From assembly GCA_041306405.1 (NCBI GenBank), contig JBFZFJ010000320.1, positions 1 through 57,720 on the forward strand: a DNA stretch of 57,720 bases, in the 5' to 3' direction. Below are positions 1 to 11,211 of the stretch, piece by piece. The stretch comes from Verrucomicrobiales bacterium (GTDB taxonomy: Bacteria > Verrucomicrobiota > Verrucomicrobiia > Verrucomicrobiales > Akkermansiaceae). The notes under the pieces were generated by a model. It was not told the origin of the DNA. It worked only from the letters and a program-made list of their open reading frames with translations, and did not search any database. The number at the start of each line of letters is the position of its first letter. Within the stretch, counting starts at the first letter, position 1. Made by a program: the position numbers and the translations under genes.

Positions 1-40
1 GAGCGGAATCCCGCCAATAAAGCAACAATACCTATCGAAA

Positions 41-1084
41 ATGAAAAACAAAACACGATTCAGTAAGTTTCACTTGCCGTTGGCAATGGCGCTCGGCACC
101 GCAGGCGCGATGGCCGGAACCGAGACGGTGGCAGCTCCGTCATTGGTGCCGACTCCGGATTGGTTGAAGGTCAGCGGCTACGCTGCCGTATCTTATATCC
201 ACACGGAGGTGGATTCTGATCTAGGAGATTTTGATGAAGATACGTTGTTCGACGCAGGCACTCCATTCGATGCCGTGAAGCTCGGGCTCGAAGCAACCAA
301 GGGATCCTTCACGGCTTACGCGAGCCTCTTCTTCTCGCCGGTTAATGACAATGATGCGTTTGGAGCCGGCAGTGATGCGGGTATCCTAGACGCGTATGTC
401 ACCTACAAGGCCGGTGATTTTTCCGTTACGGGGGGTAAGTATCTGAGCTGGCTTGGGTACGAAGCATTTGACGCGGTGAACATGGCACAAATGTCCTATG
501 CGAACAATTTCCTGGGAGCGATTCCCGCCTACCACACCGGGATCAAATTTGAATACACGACCGACGTGTTTGGCGCTGGCTTCAATGTTTCCGACTCCAT
601 CCGCGGTGGCGATAATACTTTCTGGGGTGGTGACGAAGACTATGGCAACGGTCTGGGTTACGAAGCTTATGTCGTCTATAAGGGAATCGAAAAGCTGACG
701 CTCTGGGGCGGTATTGCTTATGACACCTCTGATGACATTGAAGGTGTTCCGGTGGATGATTTCGTCACTTATGATGTCTGGGCGAGTTATGCGCTTTCGG
801 ACAAAATGACAGTTGCCGCAGAACTCGCCTATTGCGACAACGGTGCCGCGTTCGGTACTCAGGGGCTCGCTTTCCTGCAATACGCCTTCACTGAGAAGTT
901 CTCGACAGTGTTCCGCTTTGGCTATGACGATGTGCAAACCTTCGACACGACTGCCTACAAATACACGATCGCGCCAAGCTACGCCTTCAATGAGCACTTC
1001 ACGCTCCGTGGCGAAGTCAGCTACACCGATGTGGAAGATGCGGATATCCTCTTCACCGGCGTCCAAGCTCTGGTCAAATTTTAA
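41..1084 (+). CDS. Outer membrane beta-barrel porin (BBP2/OmpL-like), probably for urea/nitrogen uptake
   Basis: Signal peptide, aromatic-rich alternating beta-strand pattern, C-terminal Phe (GVQALVKF); lies directly upstream of urtA. Confidence 0.75.
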   Translation: MKNKTRFSKFHLPLAMALGTAGAMAGTETVAAPSLVPTPDWLKVSGYAAVSYIHTEVDSDLGDFDEDTLFDAGTPFDAVKLGLEATKGSFTAYASLFFSPVNDNDAFGAGSDAGILDAYVTYKAGDFSVTGGKYLSWLGYEAFDAVNMAQMSYANNFLGAIPAYHTGIKFEYTTDVFGAGFNVSDSIRGGDNTFWGGDEDYGNGLGYEAYVVYKGIEKLTLWGGIAYDTSDDIEGVPVDDFVTYDVWASYALSDKMTVAAELAYCDNGAAFGTQGLAFLQYAFTEKFSTVFRFGYDDVQTFDTTAYKYTIAPSYAFNEHFTLRGEVSYTDVEDADILFTGVQALVKF

Positions 1085-1111
1085 TCCCATTTCCTGGTAT
1101 TAAACGGTTGC

Positions 1112-1164
1112 GGCGGGAGAGTCCTATGGATCATCCGGTATCGATGCTCTCCCGCCTGCTTTTT
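1112..1164 (+). terminator. Stem-loop with U-tract between porin and urtA (terminator/attenuator)
   Basis: ggcgggagag (1112-1121) pairs with ctctcccgcc (1147-1156), 25-nt loop, followed by tgcttttt. Confidence 0.5.
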
Positions 1165-1213
1165 CAAACGAGTTGTTTCCAATTTCACGATCCAATACAA
1201 ACATTCTAATCCA

Positions 1214-2461
1214 ATGATCCCTAAATTCATCCCCTCCGCACTTGCTGCGATTGCCCTCACCGGTGTTTCCGCGCAAGCGGCAGAAGCCGTCAAAGTCGGC
1301 GTGCTCCACTCGCTCAGTGGAACCATGGCCATCAGTGAAACCTCCCTCCGCGACGTCCTGCTTTTCACCTTCGACGAAATCAACGCCGCTGGCGGTGTGA
1401 TGGGCAAGAAGATTGAGCCCGTCGTCGTGGACGGCGCTTCGAACTGGCCGCTCTTCGCTGAAAAAGCCAAGCAGCTGCTTGACCAGGACAAGGTCTCGGT
1501 GACGTTCGGTTGCTGGACATCGGTGAGCCGCAAGTCGGTGCTTCCGGTGTTCGAGGAAAAGAAGGGCCTGCTCTTCTACCCGGTGCAATACGAAGGCGAG
1601 GAAATGTCCCCGAACATTTTTTACACCGCCGAGGCCGTCAACCAGCAGGCGACGCCCGCGGTTGATTACTTGCTCGAAGAAGGTAAGAAGAAGTTCTACC
1701 TGATCGGCTCGGACTATGTTTATCCTCAGACCACCAACCTGATCCTTCTTGAGTATCTCCTCAGCAAGGGAGTGCGTCTTGAAAACATCGGCGGTGGATT
1801 CACCAAGGATGCCAGCGGCAAGATCATCTCCGCCGGTAAATACACGCCGTTCGGTCACACCGACTATCAGCAAATTGTCTCCGAGATCAAGCAATTCGCC
1901 GCCAGCGGCGACGCCTGCATCATCAGCACGCTCAACGGCGACACCAACGTGCCCTTCTTCAAGGAGTATGCTGCTGCCGGACTCGATGCGGAATCCTGCC
2001 CGGTGGTTAGCTTCTCGGTCTCCGAAGACGAGTTCCGCGGACTTCCTGCCAGCCAGCTTGTCGGCCAACTCGGATGCTGGACTTACTTCCAGTCGATCAA
2101 AAGCCCGGCGAACGCCAAGTTCATCAAAAACTTCCAAGCCTGGCTCGCCAAGTCGGACGTTCCCGGCATTGTCAAAGAAGGCCGCGTGACTTGCTCGCCG
2201 ATGGTGCTTTCCTACAACGGTGTCTATCTCTGGAAGGCCGCTGTTGAAAAGGCCGGCTCATTCGAGGTGGAGAAGGTGATGGCGGCTCTCAAGGGCGGCA
2301 TCTCGTTCGACGGCCCAGGCGGCAAGGTGACTACCCAAAAGAATCATCACCTTACCAAGAACGTCTTCATCGGTGAAACTCGCGCGGACGGACAATTCAA
2401 GATCCTCAAGGAATTCAAGGATGTCGTCGGCGAGCCATTCCTGAAGGGTACCTACAAGTAG
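1214..2461 (+). CDS. urtA: Urea ABC transporter substrate-binding protein
   Basis: [42 protein letters not shown] and GSDYVYP motifs of UrtA; adjacent to urease genes. Confidence 0.92.
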   Translation: MIPKFIPSALAAIALTGVSAQAAEAVKVGVLHSLSGTMAISETSLRDVLLFTFDEINAAGGVMGKKIEPVVVDGASNWPLFAEKAKQLLDQDKVSVTFGCWTSVSRKSVLPVFEEKKGLLFYPVQYEGEEMSPNIFYTAEAVNQQATPAVDYLLEEGKKKFYLIGSDYVYPQTTNLILLEYLLSKGVRLENIGGGFTKDASGKIISAGKYTPFGHTDYQQIVSEIKQFAASGDACIISTLNGDTNVPFFKEYAAAGLDAESCPVVSFSVSEDEFRGLPASQLVGQLGCWTYFQSIKSPANAKFIKNFQAWLAKSDVPGIVKEGRVTCSPMVLSYNGVYLWKAAVEKAGSFEVEKVMAALKGGISFDGPGGKVTTQKNHHLTKNVFIGETRADGQFKILKEFKDVVGEPFLKGTYK

Positions 2462-2494
2462 AACTGATTTGGTTTTCGGTTGCTTACGGTTATT

Positions 2495-2526
2495 AAACCA
2501 TGCCTCCCCCCGGGGGCATGGTTTTT
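2495..2526 (+). terminator. Rho-independent terminator after urtA
   Basis: aaaccatgcc...ggcatggttt inverted repeat ending in a T-run. Confidence 0.75.
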
Positions 2527-2581
2527 CATTACCCGCTTGGCATGAGCGCTGCTCACTCTCATTCTGTCCCTTCATCCGCCT

Positions 2582-2878
2582 ATGAAAATTTTCCTTACGT
2601 CTGATTGGCGTCAGTCCGCCGCCCGCGTGCTTTCCGCGGGAGTTTGTCTTTGTCCTTCATTGCTGTCCGCGCACCCTGGGCATTACCACCCGGATGAGAC
2701 CGATGAATTTGATTTTCTGAGGGCCACGTTTTTCCACTCGCATGGAGCCTTCGATTACCTGCTCGCGGGATTGGTCATCTCAAGCGTCGCAGTCGCCTGC
2801 CTTCATGGAAAACGCGGTGTCCGGATCAGCGCTCTCGCCGCGGCGTTGGGTTCGCTCTGCCTGCTCCCCGTTCTCTAA
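2582..2878 (+). CDS. Small His-rich membrane protein resembling the N-terminus of HupE/UreJ (putative nickel-related)
   Basis: Signal-like segment followed by AHPGHYH, then HSHGAFDYLLAG and two hydrophobic stretches; ends 12 bp before ureA. Confidence 0.5.
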   Translation: MKIFLTSDWRQSAARVLSAGVCLCPSLLSAHPGHYHPDETDEFDFLRATFFHSHGAFDYLLAGLVISSVAVACLHGKRGVRISALAAALGSLCLLPVL

Positions 2879-2890
2879 TCGTCCGCGCCG

Positions 2891-3193
2891 ATGCATCTTT
2901 CCCCGCGCGAACAAGAAAAGCTGCTCATCGTCGTGGCCGGTGATCTCGCCAGTCGCCGCCGCGCGCGCGGGCTGAAGCTCAACTACCCGGAAGCCGTAGC
3001 TCTGATCACCGCCGAGCTGCTCGAAGGCGCGCGCGACGGGAAATCGGTTTCAGAGCTCATGAACTACGGCACCACCCTGATTTCCCGCGATGAAGTCATG
3101 GAAGGCGTGGCGGAAATGATTCACGACGTGCAGGTGGAAGCCACCTTCCCGGACGGCACCAAGCTCGTCACCGTTCACAATCCCGTCAGATGA
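2891..3193 (+). CDS. ureA: Urease subunit gamma
   Basis: [11 protein letters not shown]...GLKLNYPEA...[17 protein letters not shown]. Confidence 0.98.
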   Translation: MHLSPREQEKLLIVVAGDLASRRRARGLKLNYPEAVALITAELLEGARDGKSVSELMNYGTTLISRDEVMEGVAEMIHDVQVEATFPDGTKLVTVHNPVR

Positions 3194-3503
3194 TCCCCGG
3201 CGAAATCATCACCCCGTTAGGAGCCCCGGATTTGATCCTGAATCCGGGTCTCGCCAAGCTGAATGTCGTGGTGGCCAACACCGGCGACCGACCCATCCAA
3301 GTGGGCAGCCATTTTCATTTCGCCGAAGTGAATTCCTCCCTGCATTTCGACCGCGCCGCCGCGCGTGGGTTCCGACTTAACATTCCGGCCGGCACCGCCA
3401 TCCGCTTCGAACCCGGCGACACCCGTGGAGTCCCCTTGGTCGCGCTTGCCGGAACCCGCGAAGTGCACGGTCTTAACAATCTCGTCAACGGCCCGCTCGA
3501 CTC

Positions 3504-3507
<4 letters not shown>
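3190..3507 (+). CDS. ureB: Urease subunit beta
   Basis: MIPGE...[19 protein letters not shown]...[15 protein letters not shown]; ATGA overlap with ureA. Confidence 0.98.
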
Positions 3508-5225
<1,718 letters not shown>

Positions 5226-5234
5226 ATCCGGGCC

Positions 5235-5666
5235 ATGCATGTCATCCAGCACGCCCTCGCTACGGCCTCCGATTTGCCGCCGGAAAAGCAGATATCCCTC
5301 GCCGCCGAGCGCCGGCTGTTTTTGAAGCGCCGCTGGAGGGGAGTCGCGGAGGACGGAACAGAGTTTGGATTCGATCTGGAAACGCGCCTCACTGATGGCT
5401 GTGTGATTTATCACCAAGCGGGAATCGACTACATCGTCCACCAGTTGCCCGAGGCCGTTTATGAAATTTCGTTGGAGTCACCTGCGCAAGCCGCGTTGGT
5501 TGCTTGGAAAGTGGGTAACCTTCACCTGCCTGCCCAGATTCTCGATCACAGCGTCCGGGTTCTGCATGATGAGGCCATGACTCAGCTCCTCGAGCGCGAG
5601 GGCTGGCCGTACACCGAACCTGATGTCGTTTTCACGCCCATGAAAGCCATGGCTCACACCCCATGA
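5235..5666 (+). CDS. ureE: Urease accessory protein UreE
   Basis: KRRWRGVAEDGTEFG...AWKVGNLHLPAQ motif; operon position; no poly-His tail. Confidence 0.85.
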   Translation: MHVIQHALATASDLPPEKQISLAAERRLFLKRRWRGVAEDGTEFGFDLETRLTDGCVIYHQAGIDYIVHQLPEAVYEISLESPAQAALVAWKVGNLHLPAQILDHSVRVLHDEAMTQLLEREGWPYTEPDVVFTPMKAMAHTP

Positions 5667-6328
5667 CCTCCGATCCATGGCTCTGGCTGCTTCAGGCGAA
5701 TGACACAGCCTATCCGTCGGGTGCTTACGCGCACTCGTTCGGCCTCGAGGAATTGGTCGAATCCGGTGTTGTTCAAACTGCGGGGGATCTTGAAAACTTC
5801 CTGCGAAAGCAAATCCTGCCCGCGCTGCTTACCTTCGAGATTCCATTCTTCGCTCGCGCCCATGCCGCTGCCTGCGCAGGAGATGTGGACGGACTTCTCG
5901 CGCTGGATGGCGAGCTCGACGCCTGGCGAATCCCGGCGGAACTGCGCGACGCCTCCCGCCGAATCGGTTCGCAACGGCTCGATCTTCTCGCGCAGCTTGA
6001 TTCCAGTCCGCTTGTTCTCCGCTGTCGCGAGCGTTCGCCACGCAGCCACCATCTTGTCGTCACCGCGCTGGAGCTTTCGGGCGTTCCCGTCGGCCAGGCA
6101 GCCCGCGCGTTTGCCTTCCAGTCGATCGCCGGACTTTCCGCCGCGTCGATGAAGCTCATGCGCATCGGCCAGACAGCCTGCCAGCAAATCGTCCGCCGCA
6201 CGCTCACGGAGCTCGGCGGGGAAATCGACGTTTCCCTTTCCCGGCCGGTGGACGGCTGGTTCAATCCGCTTCTCGAAATCGCCTCACTCCGCCATGCCCG
6301 CGCCCATGCAAGACTCTTCATCTCCTGA
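5663..6328 (+). CDS. ureF: Urease accessory protein UreF
   Basis: [22 protein letters not shown]-terminus and [12 protein letters not shown]-terminus. Confidence 0.93.
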   Translation: MTSDPWLWLLQANDTAYPSGAYAHSFGLEELVESGVVQTAGDLENFLRKQILPALLTFEIPFFARAHAAACAGDVDGLLALDGELDAWRIPAELRDASRRIGSQRLDLLAQLDSSPLVLRCRERSPRSHHLVVTALELSGVPVGQAARAFAFQSIAGLSAASMKLMRIGQTACQQIVRRTLTELGGEIDVSLSRPVDGWFNPLLEIASLRHARAHARLFIS

Positions 6329-6938
6329 TTTGAAAAAGCGTCCGTTCCGCCTTGGTGTCGGCGGCCCGGTCGGTTCCGGGAAGACGATGTGCGTCCTCCG
6401 CCTCAGCCAATGGCTCAAGGATGAGGTCTCGCTCGCCGTCATCACTAACGATATCTACACCCGCGAGGATGCCGAGTTCCTTCTCCGCGAGGGCGTGCTG
6501 CCGGCCGGTCGCGTCATCGGTGTGGAAACCGGCGGCTGCCCGCACACCGCGATCCGGGACGACACCAGCATGAACATGGCCGCCGTGATCGATCTCGAAA
6601 ACCGCCATCCTGACCTGAAGCTCATTCTCATCGAAAGCGGCGGCGACAATCTATCCGCCACGTTTTCACCCGAACTTGTCGATGCCTACATCTACGTGAT
6701 CGACGTCGCGGAAGGGGACAAGATCCCGCGCAAGGGCGGCCCGGCCATCCGGACCAGTGATCTTCTGCTCATTAATAAAACCGACCTTGCGCCGTATGTC
6801 GGGGCCGACCTCGAAGTCATGGCGCGTGATTCAAAAATGCAGCGCGGCAATCGCCCGTTCCTGTTCGCTGATCTGAAATCCGAAAAGGGCAAGGATGACC
6901 TAATCGCCTGGTTGAAGCATGAGTATCTGTTTGTGTAA
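6294..6938 (+). CDS. ureG: Urease accessory GTPase UreG (start could be 6306)
   Basis: [31 protein letters not shown] and INKTDL motifs. Confidence 0.97.
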   Translation: MPAPMQDSSSPDLKKRPFRLGVGGPVGSGKTMCVLRLSQWLKDEVSLAVITNDIYTREDAEFLLREGVLPAGRVIGVETGGCPHTAIRDDTSMNMAAVIDLENRHPDLKLILIESGGDNLSATFSPELVDAYIYVIDVAEGDKIPRKGGPAIRTSDLLLINKTDLAPYVGADLEVMARDSKMQRGNRPFLFADLKSEKGKDDLIAWLKHEYLFV

Positions 6939-6939
6939 C

Positions 6940-7003
6940 TGGAGCGCGGAATTTATTCCGCGCGAAACCTCCAATTCTCGCGCGGAATAAATTCCGCGCT
7001 CCA
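6940..7003. repeat. REP doublet (family 1), left flank of the RAYT
   Basis: tggagcgcggaatttattccgcgcga (6940-6965) and its exact reverse complement (6978-7003); each unit has GGAG plus the hairpin cgcggaat-tt-attccgcg. Confidence 0.9.
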
Positions 7004-7009
7004 ATTGTC

Positions 7010-7600
7010 ATGACCCACAAAGGCATTCATAGCCGCGGCTATCTCCCGCATTGGGACTTCGCGGATTCCGTGCAGGCCATCACGTTTCGCCTGGCGGACT
7101 CGCTGCCGAATCAAGTGGTCAGCGAATGGCGGGGGGAATTTCTCACAGCGATCAACAGCCTGGATCCTCAGGTTTCCCAGAAGGCGCAGGCAGATCTTCA
7201 ACAGCGGATTTCCCGTTACGAGGACGCAGGCCACGGGAGTTGTCTGCTAGGTAAGCCGGCGCATGCCAAGGTCGTGCAGGACGCTCTGATCAAGGGACAC
7301 GGCACCCATTACAAGCTCATTGACTGGTGCGTGATGCCGAATCATGTGCATGTGCTTGTTCGACTGACGGGGGATGTCGCCTTGGGGAGGATTGTCAAGC
7401 ATTGGAAAGGTCCGACCGCGATTGAGATCAACCGGCTGGAGGGGCGAACCGGCTCGTTGTGGATGGCGGAGTATCATGACAGATTCATCCGGGATTTGGA
7501 TCATCTTCAGAACGCCCAAGTTTATATCCGGAATAATCCGGTGAATGCCAAGCTTTGCGGAAAACCGGAGGATTGGTCGTTTTCGGGTGTTGGCCAGAAT
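7010..7600 (+). mobile_element. RAYT / TnpA-REP (IS200/IS605 Y1 HUH superfamily) domain inserted between ureG and ureD
   Basis: HUH and catalytic Tyr motifs intact; flanked on both sides by same-family REP palindromes. Confidence 0.88.
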
Positions 7601-8470
7601 TGGAGCGCGGAATTCATTCCGCGCGGAATGAATTCCGCGCTCCCGGTGTCGGGCACCGCCCTTGACGGCCATCTGCACCTCCGCTGCGAGAGCCGTGCCG
7701 ACGGCGTGCCGTTCATCGCCCGCCAGAGTTTCCGGGCGCCGGTGCACCTCAGCAAATCGCATGTCGATCACGGGCATCTCGTGCAAAGCATCGTTAATCC
7801 GACGGCCGGATTCTTTGATGGTGACCATCTTGAGACGGATATTCACGTAGCTCCCGGCGCGAAGCTGGTGCTCAGCACTCCGTCGGCGTCCCGCGTCTAT
7901 CGAACGCGGTCCGGCGCGGCGGCGGTGAGCTGTCAGAAGTTCCGGGTCGAGGAAAACGCCTCCCTCGAGTGGATTCCCGAGCCGTTCATCCCGCATGCCG
8001 GGGCGAGGTATGTGCAGCGCACGATGATCGACCTGCATCCGGCGGCGAGCCTGCTTTTCTTCGACTGGATCACACCCGGCCGTGTGGCGATGGGGGAGGT
8101 TTTCGCCTATCAGCATCTCCGCTGGGAGTTGGACCTGACTCTCGGGGGCAGTCTCATCGCCCGTGAGGGATACGATCTGCGGCCCGATGATGATAGCTTG
8201 GAAGCGCTTCGCGCGAAGTTCCCCGCCGCGCATTATCTCTCGGTTTATGCCGCCGGGGAGATGGCTGCAAATTGGCCGGTGGAAGCGCTGGATGCGCTGA
8301 ACTCGGAAGATACCTATCTCGGCCATGGACCGCTCGCGGGCGGCGTTCACGTGATTCGCGCGCTGTGCCGCGACAGTCTTGCCACCCGCAAGCTGCTGGA
8401 GACGCTGCGTCCCTTGCTTTACGTCGCGGCCGGCTCGAGGCCGCCCGCACTGGGCCGGATATTTTGTTAG
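7010..8470 (+). CDS. ureD: In-frame fusion: REP-associated tyrosine transposase (aa 1-~195) + translated REP + urease accessory protein UreD (aa ~207-486)
   Basis: N-half has HSRGYLPHWD, ITFRLADSLP, MPNHVH (HUH), LWMAEYHDRFIRD, YIRNNPV. C-half has NPTAGFFDGD, LSTPSASRVY, LEWIPEPFIP, PGRVAMGEVF. No stop codon between the halves. Confidence 0.9.
   Translation: MTHKGIHSRGYLPHWDFADSVQAITFRLADSLPNQVVSEWRGEFLTAINSLDPQVSQKAQADLQQRISRYEDAGHGSCLLGKPAHAKVVQDALIKGHGTHYKLIDWCVMPNHVHVLVRLTGDVALGRIVKHWKGPTAIEINRLEGRTGSLWMAEYHDRFIRDLDHLQNAQVYIRNNPVNAKLCGKPEDWSFSGVGQNWSAEFIPRGMNSALPVSGTALDGHLHLRCESRADGVPFIARQSFRAPVHLSKSHVDHGHLVQSIVNPTAGFFDGDHLETDIHVAPGAKLVLSTPSASRVYRTRSGAAAVSCQKFRVEENASLEWIPEPFIPHAGARYVQRTMIDLHPAASLLFFDWITPGRVAMGEVFAYQHLRWELDLTLGGSLIAREGYDLRPDDDSLEALRAKFPAAHYLSVYAAGEMAANWPVEALDALNSEDTYLGHGPLAGGVHVIRALCRDSLATRKLLETLRPLLYVAAGSRPPALGRIFC
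7602..7643. repeat. Perfect 42-bp palindrome (fused REP pair, family 1) inside the RAYT-UreD coding sequence
   Basis: ggagcgcggaattcattccgc|gcggaatgaattccgcgctcc; translated as WSAEFIPRGMNSALP. Confidence 0.92.
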
Positions 8471-9282
8471 TCTTCCTGGATTTGGTGCCGGAGGAAATAG
8501 TGCCGCACGGCCTCGATGGAGCCGCGGCCGTGGGCGGCCTGGGTGATGAGGCCGCCGGTGGCGGTGACTTTGTCCCGGACTGCGGCGATTGCATTGGCCG
8601 GGCAGGCGGTCATCGCTGCGTGGGCGGGGTCGAGCATTTCGAGATCGTTGTGGCTGTCGCCGATGGCAAAGCAAGCGGCGGCGGTCAGGCTGTAGTGTTT
8701 GGCGACCTGACTCAGGCTGCTGCCTTTCTGGAAATCCCGGTGGCCGAAACGCAGGTAGATCGAGTTCCGCTGCCAGGTGAGGTTGTGCTCGGCGGCGACG
8801 AGAGGTTCGATGCGGTCGACGATCCATTCCATTTCCTCCTCGGACTGGGAGATGACGCCTGCGGGTTCGCCGTTCATTGCGATCCATTGCGCGCCGGTGT
8901 GTTGCTCGACCTGCTGGCGGATGTGGCTCAGGAGCTTGCGGGTGTGCTTGAAGAGGTCGTCGATTTCCTTCTCACAGAGTTTGTTCCATTTCAGGTGGGG
9001 AAGCCAGCGTCCGGAAGAGTTAGGGAAATGGATTTCACGTTCGCGGGCGACCACCCAGTCCGGCAGGAAAGGGAAGCTGCTTTCCATGAATCCCTCGACC
9101 ATGTGCTCCATGGAGCGGCCGGTGTTGATGCCCCAGATCACGCCTTGTTTCTCGCGGAGTTTGCGGATGAGTGTGAAGAACTCGACAGGCACAGGCGGGT
9201 TTCCCGCCGCGTGGTGCAAGGTCCCGTCGAAATCGAATGAGAGGACTGCCGATGGCTGGGGCGGAGGTGGGAGGGTGGTCAT
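8467..9282 (-). CDS. HAD-superfamily hydrolase (subfamily IIB/Cof-like)
   Basis: SFDFDGTL, INTGRS, QKG and IGDSHNDLEML motifs. Confidence 0.85.
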   Translation of the reverse strand: MTTLPPPPQPSAVLSFDFDGTLHHAAGNPPVPVEFFTLIRKLREKQGVIWGINTGRSMEHMVEGFMESSFPFLPDWVVAREREIHFPNSSGRWLPHLKWNKLCEKEIDDLFKHTRKLLSHIRQQVEQHTGAQWIAMNGEPAGVISQSEEEMEWIVDRIEPLVAAEHNLTWQRNSIYLRFGHRDFQKGSSLSQVAKHYSLTAAACFAIGDSHNDLEMLDPAHAAMTACPANAIAAVRDKVTATGGLITQAAHGRGSIEAVRHYFLRHQIQED

Positions 9283-9313
9283 AAATGAATGACGCGGCGA
9301 CCGATGATCGCCT

Positions 9314-9922
9314 CTACATCAGAAGCGCGATCTGCTCGCCGGGGCCGTGGACGCCTTCGATGAGGATGCCCTCGACGTCAGCGGTTTTCGACGGACCGGT
9401 GCACCAGATGATGTTCGGGCTGTCGCCGAAGGCGGCGATGGCGTCCGGGATGGTGCGGTGGATTTCCGAGCGCTCGAGCACGGCGACGTGGACCCACGGC
9501 GAGAGGGCGGCGAGGCGGCTGGACGTGCGGTTGTCGTCGATGATGACGGAGCCGGACTCCGCGATGGCTCCGGTGGCGCGGGTGATGCCGAATTGATAGT
9601 CGTCGTAGCGGTCGCGGTGATATTCGGTTTCCACGGTCAGTCCGGCGGCGGCGAGTTGGCTGCCGACGGCGTCGTAAAGCGCAGGATCACAGTAGCCGTG
9701 AAGCTGTTTGTTTTCCTGGAGGAATGCGATGAGCTGGCCGACGGAAGTCATCGGCTTGCCGTTCACGTATTTGAAATTCCGTGAAAAGATTTCCCAGAGG
9801 TCGCTGCCTTCCAGCTTCGGCAGCGAGTGGACGAGTGACATGTCGTAGTCCGGATAGGCGGCTTTGGTTTGCAAAGCGGCGTTGGCGGATTCGATTTTGG
9901 CGAAGATGTCGGCGCGGGACAT
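9314..9922 (-). CDS. lutC: LUD-domain lactate utilisation protein C
   Basis: Start reassigned to MSRADIFAKI; GAIAESGSV...TGPSKTADVEGILIEGVHGP motif. Confidence 0.85.
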   Translation of the reverse strand: MSRADIFAKIESANAALQTKAAYPDYDMSLVHSLPKLEGSDLWEIFSRNFKYVNGKPMTSVGQLIAFLQENKQLHGYCDPALYDAVGSQLAAAGLTVETEYHRDRYDDYQFGITRATGAIAESGSVIIDDNRTSSRLAALSPWVHVAVLERSEIHRTIPDAIAAFGDSPNIIWCTGPSKTADVEGILIEGVHGPGEQIALLM

Positions 9923-9930
9923 GGTGGATT

Positions 9931-11211
9931 TCAGTGGGCGGTGGCGAGGGCTTGGTCGAGATCGGCGAGGATGTCGTCGATGTGTTCGATGCCGACGGAG
10001 AGTCGGATGAGCTCGGGCGGAATGCCGGCGGCAAGCAGTTGCTCCTGGCTGAGCTGCGAGTGGGTGGTGGTCGCCGGGTGGATCGCGAGCGACTTTGCGT
10101 CGCCGACGTTGGCGAGGTGTTTGAAGAGCTTGAGGGAGTCGATGAATTTTGTTCCCGCAGAGGCACCGCCCTTGATGCCGAAGACGACCATTGAGCCGCC
10201 TTTGCCGCGGAGGTATTTGTCGTTGAGCGCGTCCTGGCTGTCGCCGGGCAGGCCGGGGAAGCGGACCCACTCGACGGCAGGATGGGCTTGCAGGTGCTTG
10301 GCGACGGCGAGGGAATTCTCGCAATGCCGCTCCATCCGGAGGGGCAGGGTTTCGATGCCTTGGAGCGATTGCCAGGCGTTGTCGGGCGAGAGGCAGGCGC
10401 CGAGGTTGCGCAACGGGCCGGTGCGCATTCTCAAAATATAGGCGAGCGGCGCAAGTGGCGCGGGCAGGTCGTGGCCCCACCGGAGACCGTGATAGGAGCC
10501 GTCGGCTTCGTCGAAAAGCGGATGTTTGCCGCCGGCCCAGTTGAATTTCCCGGAGTCGATGACGATGCCGCCGATGCTGGTGCCGTGGCCGCCGAGCCAC
10601 TTGGTAAGCGAGTGGACGACAATGTCCGCACCGTGCTCGATCGGTTTGGTGAGGTAAGGTGTGGAGAAGGTGGAATCGACGATGAGCGGCAGGCCGTGGA
10701 CGTGGGCGATTTTTGAAATCGCCTCGATGTCGGAGATTTCCAGCGATGGATTCGAAACGGACTCGCAGAACAGCGCGCGGGTCTTGCCGTCGATGGCGGC
10801 GGCGAAATTTTCCGGGTTGTTGGAATCCACGAAGCGGACCTCGATGCCGAGCGCGGGCAGGATGTTTTTGAACTGCGTGTAAGTGCCACCGTAGAGGTTC
10901 CGGGCGGAGACGATGTTGTCGCCGGCTTGGGCGAGATTGATGATCGAGTAGAAAATCGCCGAGGTGCCGGAGGAGACGGCGAGGCCGGCGGCACCGCCTT
11001 CGAGCGCCGCGACGCGCTGCTCGAGCACGTCGTGGGTGGGGTTCATCAGGCGGGTGTAGATGTTCCCGAGTTCGCGCAGGGCGAAGAGATTGGCGGCGTG
11101 CTCGGTGTTTTTGAAAACATAGGACGCGGTGCGGTAGATGGGAACCGCGCAGGCTTGGGTGGTGGGATCCGAGGAATAACCGGCGTGAAGGCAGAGGGTT
11201 TCGAGTTTCAT
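9931..11211 (-). CDS. metY: O-acetylhomoserine sulfhydrylase (Cys/Met metabolism PLP enzyme)
   Basis: GNIYTRLMNPT, HSLTKWLGGHG (PLP Lys), HLANVGDAKSLAIHPATTTH. Confidence 0.93.
   Translation of the reverse strand: MKLETLCLHAGYSSDPTTQACAVPIYRTASYVFKNTEHAANLFALRELGNIYTRLMNPTHDVLEQRVAALEGGAAGLAVSSGTSAIFYSIINLAQAGDNIVSARNLYGGTYTQFKNILPALGIEVRFVDSNNPENFAAAIDGKTRALFCESVSNPSLEISDIEAISKIAHVHGLPLIVDSTFSTPYLTKPIEHGADIVVHSLTKWLGGHGTSIGGIVIDSGKFNWAGGKHPLFDEADGSYHGLRWGHDLPAPLAPLAYILRMRTGPLRNLGACLSPDNAWQSLQGIETLPLRMERHCENSLAVAKHLQAHPAVEWVRFPGLPGDSQDALNDKYLRGKGGSMVVFGIKGGASAGTKFIDSLKLFKHLANVGDAKSLAIHPATTTHSQLSQEQLLAAGIPPELIRLSVGIEHIDDILADLDQALATAH

Noticed and set aside
7247-8887. Long antisense or alternative-frame ORFs (also 19893-21401, 51891-53531, 42091-43341, and the N-terminal extensions of the lutB and lutC ORFs)
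   Set aside because: Shadow ORFs expected in GC-rich DNA; Arg/Pro/Gly-rich, without motifs, and overlapping well-supported genes.
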